Source: a virus
Strand: one strand, 5' to 3'
DNA length: 64,000 bases
Virus record (IMG/VR): IMGVR_UViG_3300045988_123906
Part shown: in pieces, positions 1 to 11,400 of the stretch
Numbering within the stretch: position 1 is the first letter of the stretch
How the letters are laid out: each line of letters begins with the position of its first letter
Made by a program: the position numbers and the translations under genes
The notes under the pieces: model-generated
Databases searched by the model: none
What the model saw: only the letters and a program-made list of their open reading frames with translations
Told to the model about the DNA's origin: nothing

Positions 1-20
1 CTTTTTTTTTCATCGTTCAT
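1..20 (-). CDS. possible 5' end of a CDS continuing beyond the left edge (MNDEKK...)
   Basis: ATG at 18..20 on the minus strand with AAGGAGG at 34..40. Only about 6 codons are visible and the SD spacing is long (13 nt). Confidence 0.2.
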
Positions 21-69
21 CGATATGTGATCGCCTCCTTATAAAATATTTTTATTTGCGATGCGTTAT

Positions 70-628
70 TTATATCAGTCTGCGGAATTTGAATGTGAAT
101 GTGGAAGATGTATCTGCGGCCATAGAACCTTTGATTTGAAGTCTTAAACCAACCCCTTCGGAACGGCCAGAACGAATTGTCCTAAGATAAAAATGTTGTC
201 CGTTTGTAGAATGACCAGAACAATGTAAACCTATATCATCTGCATTACCGCTGTTTGTCTCTTCAGCATACCACTGGACAACTCCACAAAATACGTCTCC
301 CCAAATATTGCAATACGGGGTCGTATCGGCACGAAACTGCATAACATAAGTTCCAGATGGCAAATCAGTTGAATGGATACCAGTATTTTGCCAATCCGTT
401 GTGATCGTAAGTGCTGAAGTCTTAAGTGTCACCACATCTGGAATCACTTCACTTGCCATCTTACTCTTAATCCAGCTCCACAATGCACTTAGTGGCTTAC
501 GGTGATACCCGGCGGCACTCGTGTTCATCACAACTTCATCAGAATCTGTGGGGGGGGGTAAGAACCGTATTTAGGTTGGACGGAATGAACTCACTATCGA
601 CACCAATATTCATATTTCCTAAAGCCAT
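70..628 (-). CDS. fibre-tip / receptor-binding-like protein whose frame is split at a C9 tract
   Basis: SD AAGGAGG plus ATG at 628 opens MALGNMNIGVDSEFIPSNLNTVLTPP and stops at TGA 539..541. Removing one C of the 550..558 run (or a +1 slip) joins it to the 153-aa ORF 70..531. The N-terminus is paralogous to the upstream gene (MALGEMNSG). Confidence 0.5.
550..558. repeat. G9 (C9 on the coding strand) homopolymer inside the fibre-tip gene
   Basis: Nine consecutive g read directly on the plus strand. Confidence 0.95.
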
Positions 629-642
629 AATTCATACCTCCT

Positions 643-1038
643 TTAAGCTGTAGCAATCCGAGCCCAATTACCCCAACTATCATCCCCGCCATAGCGGTAA
701 TAAATATTCCCATTACAAAAAGCTATTTCGTAAGAATATCCTCCAGTATAGTCTTTCTAACCACACAGACCAAGTAAAAAACAATATTCGTTTCCACCAG
801 CAGACAAATTGACAGCTGAAGTTCTTTTTATTCCACGAAAAATCATTTTACCATGATAATCATCGTTATTTTTGTCCCCGTAATAATCAGACGGTGCTGT
901 ATTCGAATCTCTGTTATCTCCATCATCAACAATAAAATTATGAAAATGTTTTGATGGATTAAATTCAGATGGTTTATTCTGTACTTCATTCCATTCAGTG
1001 GTCATTTCGTTCCCGCTATTCATTTCTCCTAGCGCCAT
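643..1038 (-). CDS. small fibre-associated protein, 131 codons, in-frame TAG at 757..759
   Basis: SD AAGGAGG lies 8 nt before ATG 1038. The frame stays open past the TAG for 37 codons (KDYTGGYSYEIAF...WGNWARIATA) to TAA 643..645, which abuts the SD of the next gene. Confidence 0.6.
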
Positions 1039-1086
1039 ATAATCCTCCTTATAAAACGAATATTTTAGCAGCGAAAATTGCCACAA

Positions 1087-2793
1087 TCATGCGGTGCGAT
1101 ACCACATATAAGCGACCAAGTATGGCGGCATAGAAGATGCTGAACTAGTGTTTGAAATTAAATTATATCCGGCAGAATTGCGAGTGTCTGTTGTATAATC
1201 ACTGCCAACACCTGTATTTGAAACCATCGCATTGGAATCACCTGTATTTGCACCTTCGACAGTGCCTGCGATACTAGTTCCAGAATATTTTAATCCACGT
1301 AAAACTTCATTATCTATGCCCATAAATCCACCATAAAACAAGTTATATCGCAAACCCCAATTATGTTCATGTGTCGCTTCGCCACCTGTCGCTCCAGCTG
1401 CATAGCTATCTCCAGCTGCTAAAATAAATCTATCTTTGATTCTTTCCTATGTTCCACCAAACAACTCAGCGGGGCTTGTCGGTTTTACACTTTGATAAAT
1501 ACTTCCAACAGGGTGGTCGAGCAGTTTCTGTTCTTCTTTGGCTACCTTGATTGCCGCTGCTATCTTATTATCAACTTGTGCCTTGGTATATCCCTCAACA
1601 ACAGTACCACTGCCGCTATCTGTTTGTCCGCCACCTTGCACGATATAATACTGAGCTGTAATCGCAGCCGTTGGAACTGATACAGCTCTCAGACGCACAT
1701 ATCCATCAAAGGTCTCTGGGTTTGCAAACTGGGCGTATGAAGCTACCTTTGCACTTGCCGGTGTCACGCTGATAGAAATAACATCCTTTGAGGTGATTCC
1801 ATCGATGTCGAGGTCAATATACTTTGAATATCGGTCCACTGTATCGTCAGTAAGCTAACTTGTAGTTGGAATAGTCAGTGTGTGGATATTGATCGTATTT
1901 GCCTTTACTTTCAGCTTCTCGTCGATCTCATTCTGCTGGTAGTATCGCTCATCATGGGTGTGACCATCATCACTTTTCTTTGAGAGCTTTACATTGATTT
2001 CGTCTTCCGTATAATAGCGGTCATCGTGATTATGTTCTGTATTTGCTTTCTTTGCCAGAGCATCGCCAACAGCTTTGGCATCAGCGGCGAAATTCTCTTT
2101 TGTCAGGGTCTTGTCCACCGCAACAGAATCCAGCTTCAACCTGTCCAGCTCAGTGCGTACATTGGTCAGCCCGGTATCAGCCGATTTTGCAATACTCAGC
2201 GCCTCAGAGATCCTTGTGCCGGTCACCTTTGCATCAGCAGCACGTCCAGATACAGTCAGTGTCGCATCCACCACAACCTGCGGCGTAGGCAGGGGATTGC
2301 CGCTATCATCAACCATGCCGCCAGTGATCGCATCAATCTCTTTATTCGTCAATGCAGCCAGCAGTTCATCCGGGTGCGGGGTATCAATCGTGATATCGCC
2401 CGTCTCTCCAGTTGTCACTGTGGTCACACCACCGCCAGCGATTTTGATTTTATCCTGCGCTGTACCGTTCAGGATTAGATTGATATTAACTTCGCCATTG
2501 ACTGCGTTTTTGTCGGCTTCCAGTGTGAATTTTGATGGGTTCAAAAGAATCCAGTCATCGCCACTATAAACATACAAGCTGTCTGGACGCAGGTAGTAAA
2601 TCTTATTAGACAAAGGAGCCAGCGGAAGCGAGCTTACGATCTCCAAGTCTTTGCTGATTTGAATTCGTCTTGTGCCGATATCTCGATAAGTGCTTCCAGT
2701 ATCAGTACATACGATCAGTTGGCCGTCAATCACAGGAGCTTGATCAAGCTGAGACTGTGCGACCTCGCGTAATGATAAATTTGCCATACTCAA
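1087..2793 (-). CDS. tail fibre protein, 568 codons, two in-frame TAG (1855..1857 and 1447..1449)
   Basis: Three same-frame ORFs are separated only by TAG. It has HxH-D[DE]RYY repeats (HNHDDRYY, HTHDERYY). The C-terminal PVGSIY..FGGT[TAG]ERIKDRF..PPYLVAYMWYRTA pattern is typical of Firmicutes phage fibre/baseplate C-termini. Ends in TGA. Confidence 0.7.
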
Positions 2794-2852
2794 CTCCTTT
2801 GCTTAATAAGATTCACCACACAGCGTCATTGCCATGTGGTGAAACAAATCAA

Positions 2853-3947
2853 TTAGCCATCAAGGGATTTCCATGTAATAGCGCCTTCCAGCACCTGTAC
2901 ACGACCATCCATGGTGGTATTCAGACCATCTGCATAAGTCTTTGCACTAGCCAGAGCGTTATCAGCCTTAGTGGTTGCATCATCGGCGGCAGTAGAAATA
3001 GCCTCAGCCTTCGCAGCAGCCAGCTCGTCCTGAGTGGGCTTTGCATTCCAAGCCTTGCGCTCGTCAGCAGTGATATGCTTTACAGCATCCTTGATATGCT
3101 CGTCCAGCTTGTCATTAACGACCTTAACCTTCGCGTCTGCTTCAGCCTTGGTGTAAGCGTCCGGCACTGCAACATACAAACCATCTTCCTCAACGGTGAT
3201 GCTGTTATTGCCTTTGGTAGACACACGAATATTGACAGAGATCTTATTGTCATCAGAGACAGTGACCTCAGCAGTAGGAGTGACCACACCAACATAGATA
3301 TCGATCAGAGCGCCAACAGGGATCTTTACGACCTCGCCAGTGGTGATAGTCAGCTCGATCTCGTGGGTTTTTGTGTTGTAAGTACCAGTCTTCACAACCA
3401 GATCCTTGCCCAGATTGATCACCAGCTCATCGCCGCCAAACACAGGCAGCTTGATGGTACGGGTCTCAGCATCATAGGTGGGATCATGGGTCAGGCCACT
3501 CATCACGGTGGGAACAGGAGCACCGTTCTTTGCCACACTCAGAGTGCCGGTAGCAGGAGAGTAGGTGACATCCGTAACAAACAGACCTTCCTTGCCCTCG
3601 GTTGCGGCGATTTTTGCATTCACATAGTCAGCCACGGCCTTGGTGGTGGGCAGATTGTCATCGCTTGCATCCGCATTGGGAATCTCAGTCACAACGGGAC
3701 GATTCAGCTGTACAAACTCAGTACCATTCCAAATGTGGAAGGTATAGTCAGTCATACGGATATACAGCAGGCCCTGAATCTGTCCGCTTGCAGGCAGAGC
3801 GCTCACCAGCTTGCAGCTCTTGGTGTACTCATCTGTACCCTTGAAAATCTGGCGTGTGTCTGTAATAAAATACAATGTGTTGGCATCTTTGGTAGTCAGC
3901 TTATCATAATTCGCTTTTGTACCGTAGCCAAAATTTACATTAGCCAT
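2853..3947 (-). CDS. tail fibre / structural protein (364 aa)
   Basis: Uninterrupted ORF with SD GTGAGG. The N-terminus ANTLYFITDT..IFKG resembles fibre N-termini. Ends in TAA. Confidence 0.55.
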   Translation of the reverse strand: MANVNFGYGTKANYDKLTTKDANTLYFITDTRQIFKGTDEYTKSCKLVSALPASGQIQGLLYIRMTDYTFHIWNGTEFVQLNRPVVTEIPNADASDDNLPTTKAVADYVNAKIAATEGKEGLFVTDVTYSPATGTLSVAKNGAPVPTVMSGLTHDPTYDAETRTIKLPVFGGDELVINLGKDLVVKTGTYNTKTHEIELTITTGEVVKIPVGALIDIYVGVVTPTAEVTVSDDNKISVNIRVSTKGNNSITVEEDGLYVAVPDAYTKAEADAKVKVVNDKLDEHIKDAVKHITADERKAWNAKPTQDELAAAKAEAISTAADDATTKADNALASAKTYADGLNTTMDGRVQVLEGAITWKSLDG

Positions 3948-3962
3948 CTTTGCCTCACTTTC

Positions 3963-4328
3963 TTAAAATTCTTGCCAAACAAAATTTGTCGGCTCAACGT
4001 AAAAAGGTTCAATAGAAAAAAGCCCCGTGGCTTCGCTTTGTTGAACGATCCACGGAGCATATTTACCATTTTCGTCTTTCACCATAACGGTTTGACCTGC
4101 ATAAGTGTCTTCCGTCTCATTTAATTGCTCGTTTGCTTCAGTAACGCTTGCAAAACAACGATTGCGGGGGCGAATCTTTTGAACGGATAGGTCATCACGC
4201 ACATACATGAACTCCGAAGAATCCTTTGTGATGATCATATCCCTGCCGTCCAACATTCCCAGCGCAATCGCAGCTTCTACATCTTCGGCGTTACCATATC
4301 CAAGCTTGGAATATTTAGCCTGTGCCAT
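3963..4328 (-). CDS. hypothetical structural-module protein (121 aa)
   Basis: ORF with SD AAGGAGG and TAA stop. Confidence 0.6.
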   Translation of the reverse strand: MAQAKYSKLGYGNAEDVEAAIALGMLDGRDMIITKDSSEFMYVRDDLSVQKIRPRNRCFASVTEANEQLNETEDTYAGQTVMVKDENGKYAPWIVQQSEATGLFSIEPFYVEPTNFVWQEF

Positions 4329-4358
4329 CTTTGCCTCCTTATAAAAGAAGCGGATGGC

Positions 4359-4994
4359 TTAGAACGGAACCACCCGCAAACTACCGTCTTCAGTTTCGAC
4401 GCTCTCCTGAGTAATCTTGACTGCACTACCGATGGGCTTACCGTTGGCCAGCAGCTGCAGGGTATGGTCGTCGTTGTAGCTCAGGTCATCAGCCTTACCA
4501 TCCAGAATAGCGTTGTTACGATCACTCAGTGCCTTGATCTGTGCATTCAGTGCGATAATGCGCTGGTCAAGTGTGCCCAGAGCTTCATCAGGAACAATAT
4601 CGCTCCAATTCTGGATGGGAACAACAGTGATCACGCCAGGACCAACTTTGCGCACGTGCTGAACAGTCGTGCCATCTGGGTCCATTGTCACATCAACAAA
4701 TGTCAGCTGGATCTGGATATCGCCCGGCTCATTGGTCAGGTTGGTGTCGATAGGCAGCTTATACTCCAGCTTGTTCTTATAAAGCTCTTCTGATTTCTGC
4801 AGAATTTCTGTCTTATATCGCTTGCTGATTGGCAGAACGTACTCAAGCATCACTGTGAATTCACTCATGTCAACATCCTTGTATGTAGTGTCAGCCAGAA
4901 AATGGAGAGTATCCACCTGCTTACTGCGTTCCATAATGCGTTCCCGCTTGCTTACGGTCAGTGTATTATCCTCATTGATCAAAAAGGTATACAT
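4359..4994 (-). CDS. hypothetical structural-module protein (211 aa)
   Basis: ATG 4994 is preceded by GGAAGGAGG. The ORF-track start at 5054 (TTG) lacks an SD. Ends in TAA. Confidence 0.6.
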   Translation of the reverse strand: MYTFLINEDNTLTVSKRERIMERSKQVDTLHFLADTTYKDVDMSEFTVMLEYVLPISKRYKTEILQKSEELYKNKLEYKLPIDTNLTNEPGDIQIQLTFVDVTMDPDGTTVQHVRKVGPGVITVVPIQNWSDIVPDEALGTLDQRIIALNAQIKALSDRNNAILDGKADDLSYNDDHTLQLLANGKPIGSAVKITQESVETEDGSLRVVPF

Positions 4995-4995
4995 A

Positions 4996-5148
4996 TCACA
5001 CCTCCTTCCTGATGATATACAGATACTCGTCCTTTGAGATTTTGTGCCCGGCAAACAGATTGTCCAGGAGCTTGTCCTGAATCATTCCGCCATTGTACAA
5101 CCGATGCATACTCTCAACGAACTCGCTATACTTCCTCTCGTCACTCAT
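4996..5148 (-). CDS. small protein (50 aa, MSDERKYSEF...), below the ORF-track cutoff
   Basis: SD AAGGAGG, ATGA overlap with the stop of the upstream gene, and its TGA lies 1 nt before the next ATG. Confidence 0.5.
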   Translation of the reverse strand: MSDERKYSEFVESMHRLYNGGMIQDKLLDNLFAGHKISKDEYLYIIRKEV

Positions 5149-5462
5149 AGCAGCCCTCCTTGAATCAAACTCAAAGTGTAAGCATCAATAATAGCCTCAG
5201 GCGTTTTACCACCCAAGGCTTTCAGCTGCTCATATTCATACAGGTCAATTTCCTGCAGTTCCACGGTGTCATACTCTGGGCAGGGGATGAGATAATACCC
5301 ATCCACATGCCAGATATGACTGCCGTCACTGCTGATAATTCCCTGTGCATCATCCTCCACGCAGTTCACCATAATGTCGTGCTTGGGCTGGTACTTTACA
5401 AAGCGCAGGTGGTCAAGAGCATCGATCACCCGGCCATTTTTCAATACCTTATAGTACACTCT
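5145..5462 (-). CDS. hypothetical protein (about 105 aa)
   Basis: ORF 5145..5468. GTG 5462 has better spacing from AAGGAGG than TTG 5468. Ends in TGA. Confidence 0.55.
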   Translation of the reverse strand, partial: RVYYKVLKNGRVIDALDHLRFVKYQPKHDIMVNCVEDDAQGIISSDGSHIWHVDGYYLIPCPEYDTVELQEIDLYEYEQLKALGGKTPEAIIDAYTLSLIQGGLL

Positions 5463-5472
5463 CAACACCTCC

Positions 5473-8400
5473 TTAAACGCTGAACATCAGGCGGATACCC
5501 TGTTCGTTATTTGCAGGGGTAAATCCGTAATATTCGCCAGTCACAGTCACAGACCAGAAATAGCTGCCATACTGAGCGTTCGGGCTTCGCGTCCAATATG
5601 CAGCTGGATTGCCATTCTCGTCATTGCAGATGCGGCTGGTATTATCAGTCATAAAGCTGATCGCCGTACCTTCGTAAATATAAGGCTCGACATTCTGAGA
5701 TGGGAACAGCTCGGCCACAGAGGGCAGATAGAAATAGCTATCCGCAGTTACAACTTCGCTGCTCTTATCGCCAATGGTACTACCAACTTTGACCTGTTTG
5801 ATGATCTGTTGCCAACCAATCGGAAGAGCATTCAGAATACGACCGTCAAGGAATGTACGGATATTCGCATCTGCCCAGCCGCCAGTGTTGGTGGAACCAG
5901 TATTCAGAGCCATTTTCTGACCAAGCAGTCCAGCCTGAATAAAGGTGATAGAACAACGCTTGTTGGAATTGTCGCTCAGGTAATACCGTTTAAAGCCACA
6001 AGCCTCGAAGGTGAAGTCCTCATGTGTCCATGCGGCCAACTTCCGGCAGGCAGCGTCACCCAGGTCGGTATACCAGAGCTTGCCCCAGTAGATTGTACCC
6101 TTTGCGTAACGCTCGTAAGCGCCGTCGTCTGCCTTAGCACAACCAAATACCAGAGTGGCATTTGTCTGTGTAGTGCGAGTACGGTTCAGCTGAATATAGC
6201 CAATCTCAGCAGCAGTAGTATTTGCCGCATAAACGTGAATACCATTTTCGCCCTTAGTATGGCGCAGAACGATCATATCACGAGAACCAAGATGTGCGCC
6301 TGCGGTGGATTCAGTACCCCAGGCAACCTTAGAGCCATTGTTGACCCAGAAGCGGAAACCATTCATGCCGTTGGTCTGGAAGCACTGAGCAATCACAGAG
6401 TTTGCGGCAGAATCTTCGTCGATTCGATAGTCCAGTGCCATAACCCAGCTGCGATCCTCAGACAACAGAGATACGCCGGTATCGACATAATTCTTGCCAG
6501 TAAAGATCTTCGGTTCGTTGAACAGAACTTTCTCTTCTACGTCGCTAAAGGTGAAGTCATTGCCCATCTTGATGGTGATAGCGTCTTTGTCAGAAACAAC
6601 ACTCTGCTCCAGATTCACTTTGGTCATGGCATAGATCTCAACAGGGCGCAGGTCACTCAGCTGCTTGTCTCTGAAGTAGCCGCTGACGTATTCGCATATG
6701 TCGTAAACAGCATTGATATCCTTATCGCCATTGACATAGCCGCCCTTGTCCCAGCCACTGAACAGATAATACTTATAAGCAGTCTCTTCGCTGGTATAGG
6801 TCGGAGTGTCGCCATCATACAGAACCATAGAGCCATACGGAGCAGTTGTCTGCTGTAGAACAGCGCCGCGATTCATATAGCGAACACGATACTGACGCAC
6901 AGATTCATCGTACACAGCAGTAACAGTCTGGTTATCAAAGACAGGAGTAAACTCAGTGTCCCATCCACTGAATGTAAATACCGTACTGATGGTACTCGGG
7001 AAGGTAGGTGTCGGGATAGGATTGTCAGAGCGGGTCACAGGGTCAACTGCACGCTCGCCTTTGTCGATATACTGGATATCCAGAACAGTGCCATCCTTAT
7101 TCACGAACTTCCAAGCGTACTGATTGATCATGGTGTTGTAAGTGATTTCCAAGTCAGGCCAGCGCTCAGTGTACAGCAGCTTCTCACGCTCACGGATGAT
7201 GGGCACATGCACTTTGCCTTCCACAACGGAATTGTCAGTGTTGTAGCCATTTTCATCCAGACCGCTCATTGCATACAGGCGATTCAGCAGGGAAGTATCA
7301 GCCAGTTCCCAATCAATACCGGTAATACGCACACGGTTCAGGTTGGTGCACTTGTCCAGCATATCTTTCAGATCGATGGTTGCACACTTCTCAACGGTCA
7401 GCGTAGTGATATTGGTGTAATCCTCAACCGTCAGGTCAGTCAGATAGTTCAGGTTCTTTGCGGTCAAGCTGGCGATTGCAGGCAGATGAGCGATTTTAAT
7501 CTTGCCTCCGCTTGCAAAGGAGACACCGGTAATACCAGAGCCGTCAGCATAGAACTCGGTCAGGCTGGTGCATCCGGTCAGACCAATAGACTTCTTCAGG
7601 TTCGGCACGTTCTGCAGGTTCAAATGTTCTAGCAGAGTGTTATTACCAACAGCGAAGTCAGTCATGTTCGTATTCTTATAGCCGCTCACACCAGAACCAA
7701 CTTTCAGTTCAGTCAGCTTAACACCATGGCTGAAGTCAACATAGCCGGGATAGAAGCCAGAAATATCACCAATGCTCTGAATAATAGAAGCGTTATAAAT
7801 ATAAACTTCAGTATCATTCATTGCGGTGATGGGGCATTCAATCGTGTAGGTCTGTCCGCGCTTGCCACGCACCTTCACAGGGTTAGAGCCGTACAGAACA
7901 GAGACATAGGTATCAGCGTAGGGTGTGATATGGAATGTGCCGTCCGGTTTCACGCCAGTCCAGTTGGTAGGAGTATAGCCACGAATGGTCATATCATCAC
8001 TGGTTGCAGCAGAACCGGAATACTTAGATGCCATGTATTTTTCCTGATAACGCTGGAACTGCCGACGCTGATGCCGCTTGTTGCCATGCATCATAGGCAG
8101 ATAGCTGGTGGTGTTGATGGTGGGATCTTCGTAGGTGCGGAAGTATTTGCGCCGCATATCCATGATCCAAAGCTTTTCGGGCTTCACATCCTGATAGTTC
8201 TCAAACTTTTTCAAAATACGGGTCGCACTCCATGCCAGCGCATTCTCACGGTTGCGGAACATCGCTGCCATCTCATCGGGGAACAGGTCACGCAGCTTGC
8301 ACCACAGCTTGGAGTCAGCAGCGTTAAACACATTCTTTGTGCCGATAGTATCAGTGTCCTCGTAGCCATAAGTCAGAGTCAGACCACCCTCGTTATCATT

Positions 8401-11400
8401 GCCCATGGCGGTATCGTTATCGTAGTCAAAGCAGAAGTCCCAGTGAACCAAATCGCTGGTGTGTGGGAACACGTTCTTTGCACGGTTATCAACCATGGTG
8501 TGACGCTCAGTAAACAGATAATGGAAAATAGCAGAATCCAGATCGAAGTGATCCTTGAAATGTGCCTTGAATTCCTCATCATCCGCATTCACCACCCAGT
8601 TCTGAGCTGTGATCCACGCCTGTTTACCAGCCTCAATTTCTTCCTCAGTGCAGGCAGGGTTGCTGTAACGGAACTCAAAGGAGTGGTCGCCATCCCAAGT
8701 TTCCTGTGAGAAATCGCCGCTCAGGAAGCGGGTTTGCTCATCGGCGTTGTTGTCGATCTCAACGATAAATTCCTTGTGGTTCTCAGGGTCCATACCCATC
8801 GTATCTTTGTTCTTTTTGGAGTTGCCAATGTCGCCGCAGGCATAGAAGTGCCACTGACCATCGTTAAATACGGTCGCATTGGTGGTATCGGTCTCCTGAA
8901 TAAACACGACACAGGGATAGAACGCCATGGTATCACGCACTTTTGGATTATCCTTCTTAGCCTGACGCACATAGGGGTTGAACTCATTAAAATCGTCTGC
9001 CAGCAGGGCGTTATTTGCATTCTCAGAGGAAGCAACATTGACTTTGATGTTAAAATACTTCTCAGGAACGCTATTTTCGGTCAGTGCATAGGTGTCGCCG
9101 GTAGTGTCATCACCAAACGTAAAGCCGCCCTTGCAGTTGATATCAATGTTTCTGGCAGATGCGCCATAGTGGTCGGAGCTGGTGCCTTGACCCTTGTGAG
9201 AGCCGGTAGCAGTCCAGTTATCCTCCTTAGCACGGCCATTCTTGTAGATCTGCTGGATCGTAGTGTTGGCAACCTCGTTCTTCTTGCCGGTTGTAAAAGT
9301 AGGTGCGGAGATCTTGATAATACGCAGATCGGGGCACTTCTCTGCCAGCAAGTCAGGGGTTAGTTCGCCGCTCGCATCCGTAATGTCGTTACGCATATAG
9401 CGAGAGACCATCTCTTCGGCGTTCTTCGCATCAGCAATAAAGTTGTCCAGAATCTCATCATCCGTCAGGTTCATACCGTAGCTCTTCATGCGGTACACGA
9501 TAACGTCACAATCGTCAGAGCCAATAGTAATGCCAACGGGAGCAGCCTGAGTAAAGCTGTCGCTGGTATCATACAGTTCAACACGGCAGGGGATACCGTC
9601 ACACCACAGAACCATCTCGCGGAACTGTTTGTCCGGCAGAATATTGAACTCGAACTCCAGGAAATCGTCCTCACAGATGGGCAAATCAATACTGTTCTGG
9701 TGGCTGGTCAGCGTAACTTTCTGAGCCTGAATGTTCAGACCAACACCGCCATTCAAACAGGTTACAGCAGTAGCATCATAGTTGCGGACGTTCGTGGTCT
9801 TAAACACCAGCTTAAAATTCTTGCCGCTCTTCTTTGCATCGTCTGCGAAAAGCTTATAGCTGATAGTAGCAGTCGTACCGGCCTTGACACAGAAGTAGGT
9901 GTCGCCATCTTCGTCGATCTGGTAGCCACCGTTCACCCAGTCAAAGTTGTCGCTGACAGTCATCTTGTTGCTGCCGGAACTCCACAGGCGGTTCACATCT
10001 GCATTGCTGCGGCCAGCGGGGTTAAAGTCCAGCATCAGGCCGGTCTTAACGGGCTCAATGGTAATGCCCAGGTCTTCGATCTTTGCGGTGATGCTCTTGA
10101 TGGTAGCGCCGCAAGTAATGGTCAGAGTGTGGGTGCCAATATCAGAAGATTTAAAGCTCCAAGTCTGAGCAGTACGACCAACAGTCAGTGTAGAAGTCTT
10201 AATGCCATCAACTTCCAGCGTAATGCTTGCAGTAGAAGAGGCCGGGTTATAGACAGTGTAAACAATGCCGGTGGTACTATACTGCTTTGCGGTGAACTCC
10301 TTTGTGGCGCAGCTAATGATCGGTGTGTTATTGCCTTCCTCTGCCCACATGATATCTTTGTAAATGGTATTGCTGGTCACAGCTTTGCCATTGATATTTG
10401 CAGTCATAGTTACTTCCAGCAGGTGAGCGCCGTGTCTCTGTGCCGGGATCGCATAGGTCATCTGTCTGCCGGTAACCGCAGTTGTAACACTACCAAGCTT
10501 TTTGCCATCCAGAGTAAAGGAAACGTCCTTATTGATATTTCCGTATGGAGTAAAGCGGAAAGTGACTTCACCACTATAAACCAGAGAATCATCGAAGATA
10601 CTCTCCAGATAAAACTCGACAATATTGATATTCCAAGTCTTTGAACCCATACTGCCAACAGAGTCAGTGACCTGCAATTTGATCTTGTTGTCACCATTGT
10701 GCAGATACTGAGTGATGTCGAAGCTGTTCTTGCCCTGATAAACAGTCGAAGTTGCAACTTTTGTGTTGCCAACATACCATACGCCGGTAGCATCGCCCGT
10801 GTCTTCGCCAGAGTTATCCACAGAGGTAAAGTTGAACTCGACAGTTGCGGTGTCGCCCTTGACAACAGCGATAGAAGACTCGCCAATACGCTCAATTGTG
10901 ATCGTAGAGGTACTGCCACCGCCACCGCCGCCACCTTCAATAATAACAGTGGTCTTGACCGTACCGTTCTCTAACAGGTTCAGTTTGGAATCTTCGTAAG
11001 TGATATCGTACTCGCGACCAGAATTCTCATCGGGCTTAAAGTCTTTCAAGGTTTCCTGAATCTTGGCGATATCCGCATTGGCAAGGTCAACAGAGGTCTG
11101 AATGCCGCCAACCGTATTCTTCAGGCCGCTCACATCACTGGATAGCACGTCAACGGTCGTCTTGTCTGCTTTCTTATCGAGCAGTGCGTCGGTGGCTTCC
11201 TTATTATAATAGGAGGACTTCAAAGTCTCCGGCAGGTCGCCAACACTGTCCTTCAGTTCCTGCACGGCAGCATCATTTGCGGTCTTGTATTCAGTCAGCT
11301 CAGTCTGGACAGGGGTCACAGCAGTGCTGATCTTATTGTCCACAATACCGTTATACATGCTTACCCACTCAGCAGAAGGGTCAGTGTTCAACTTGATCTT

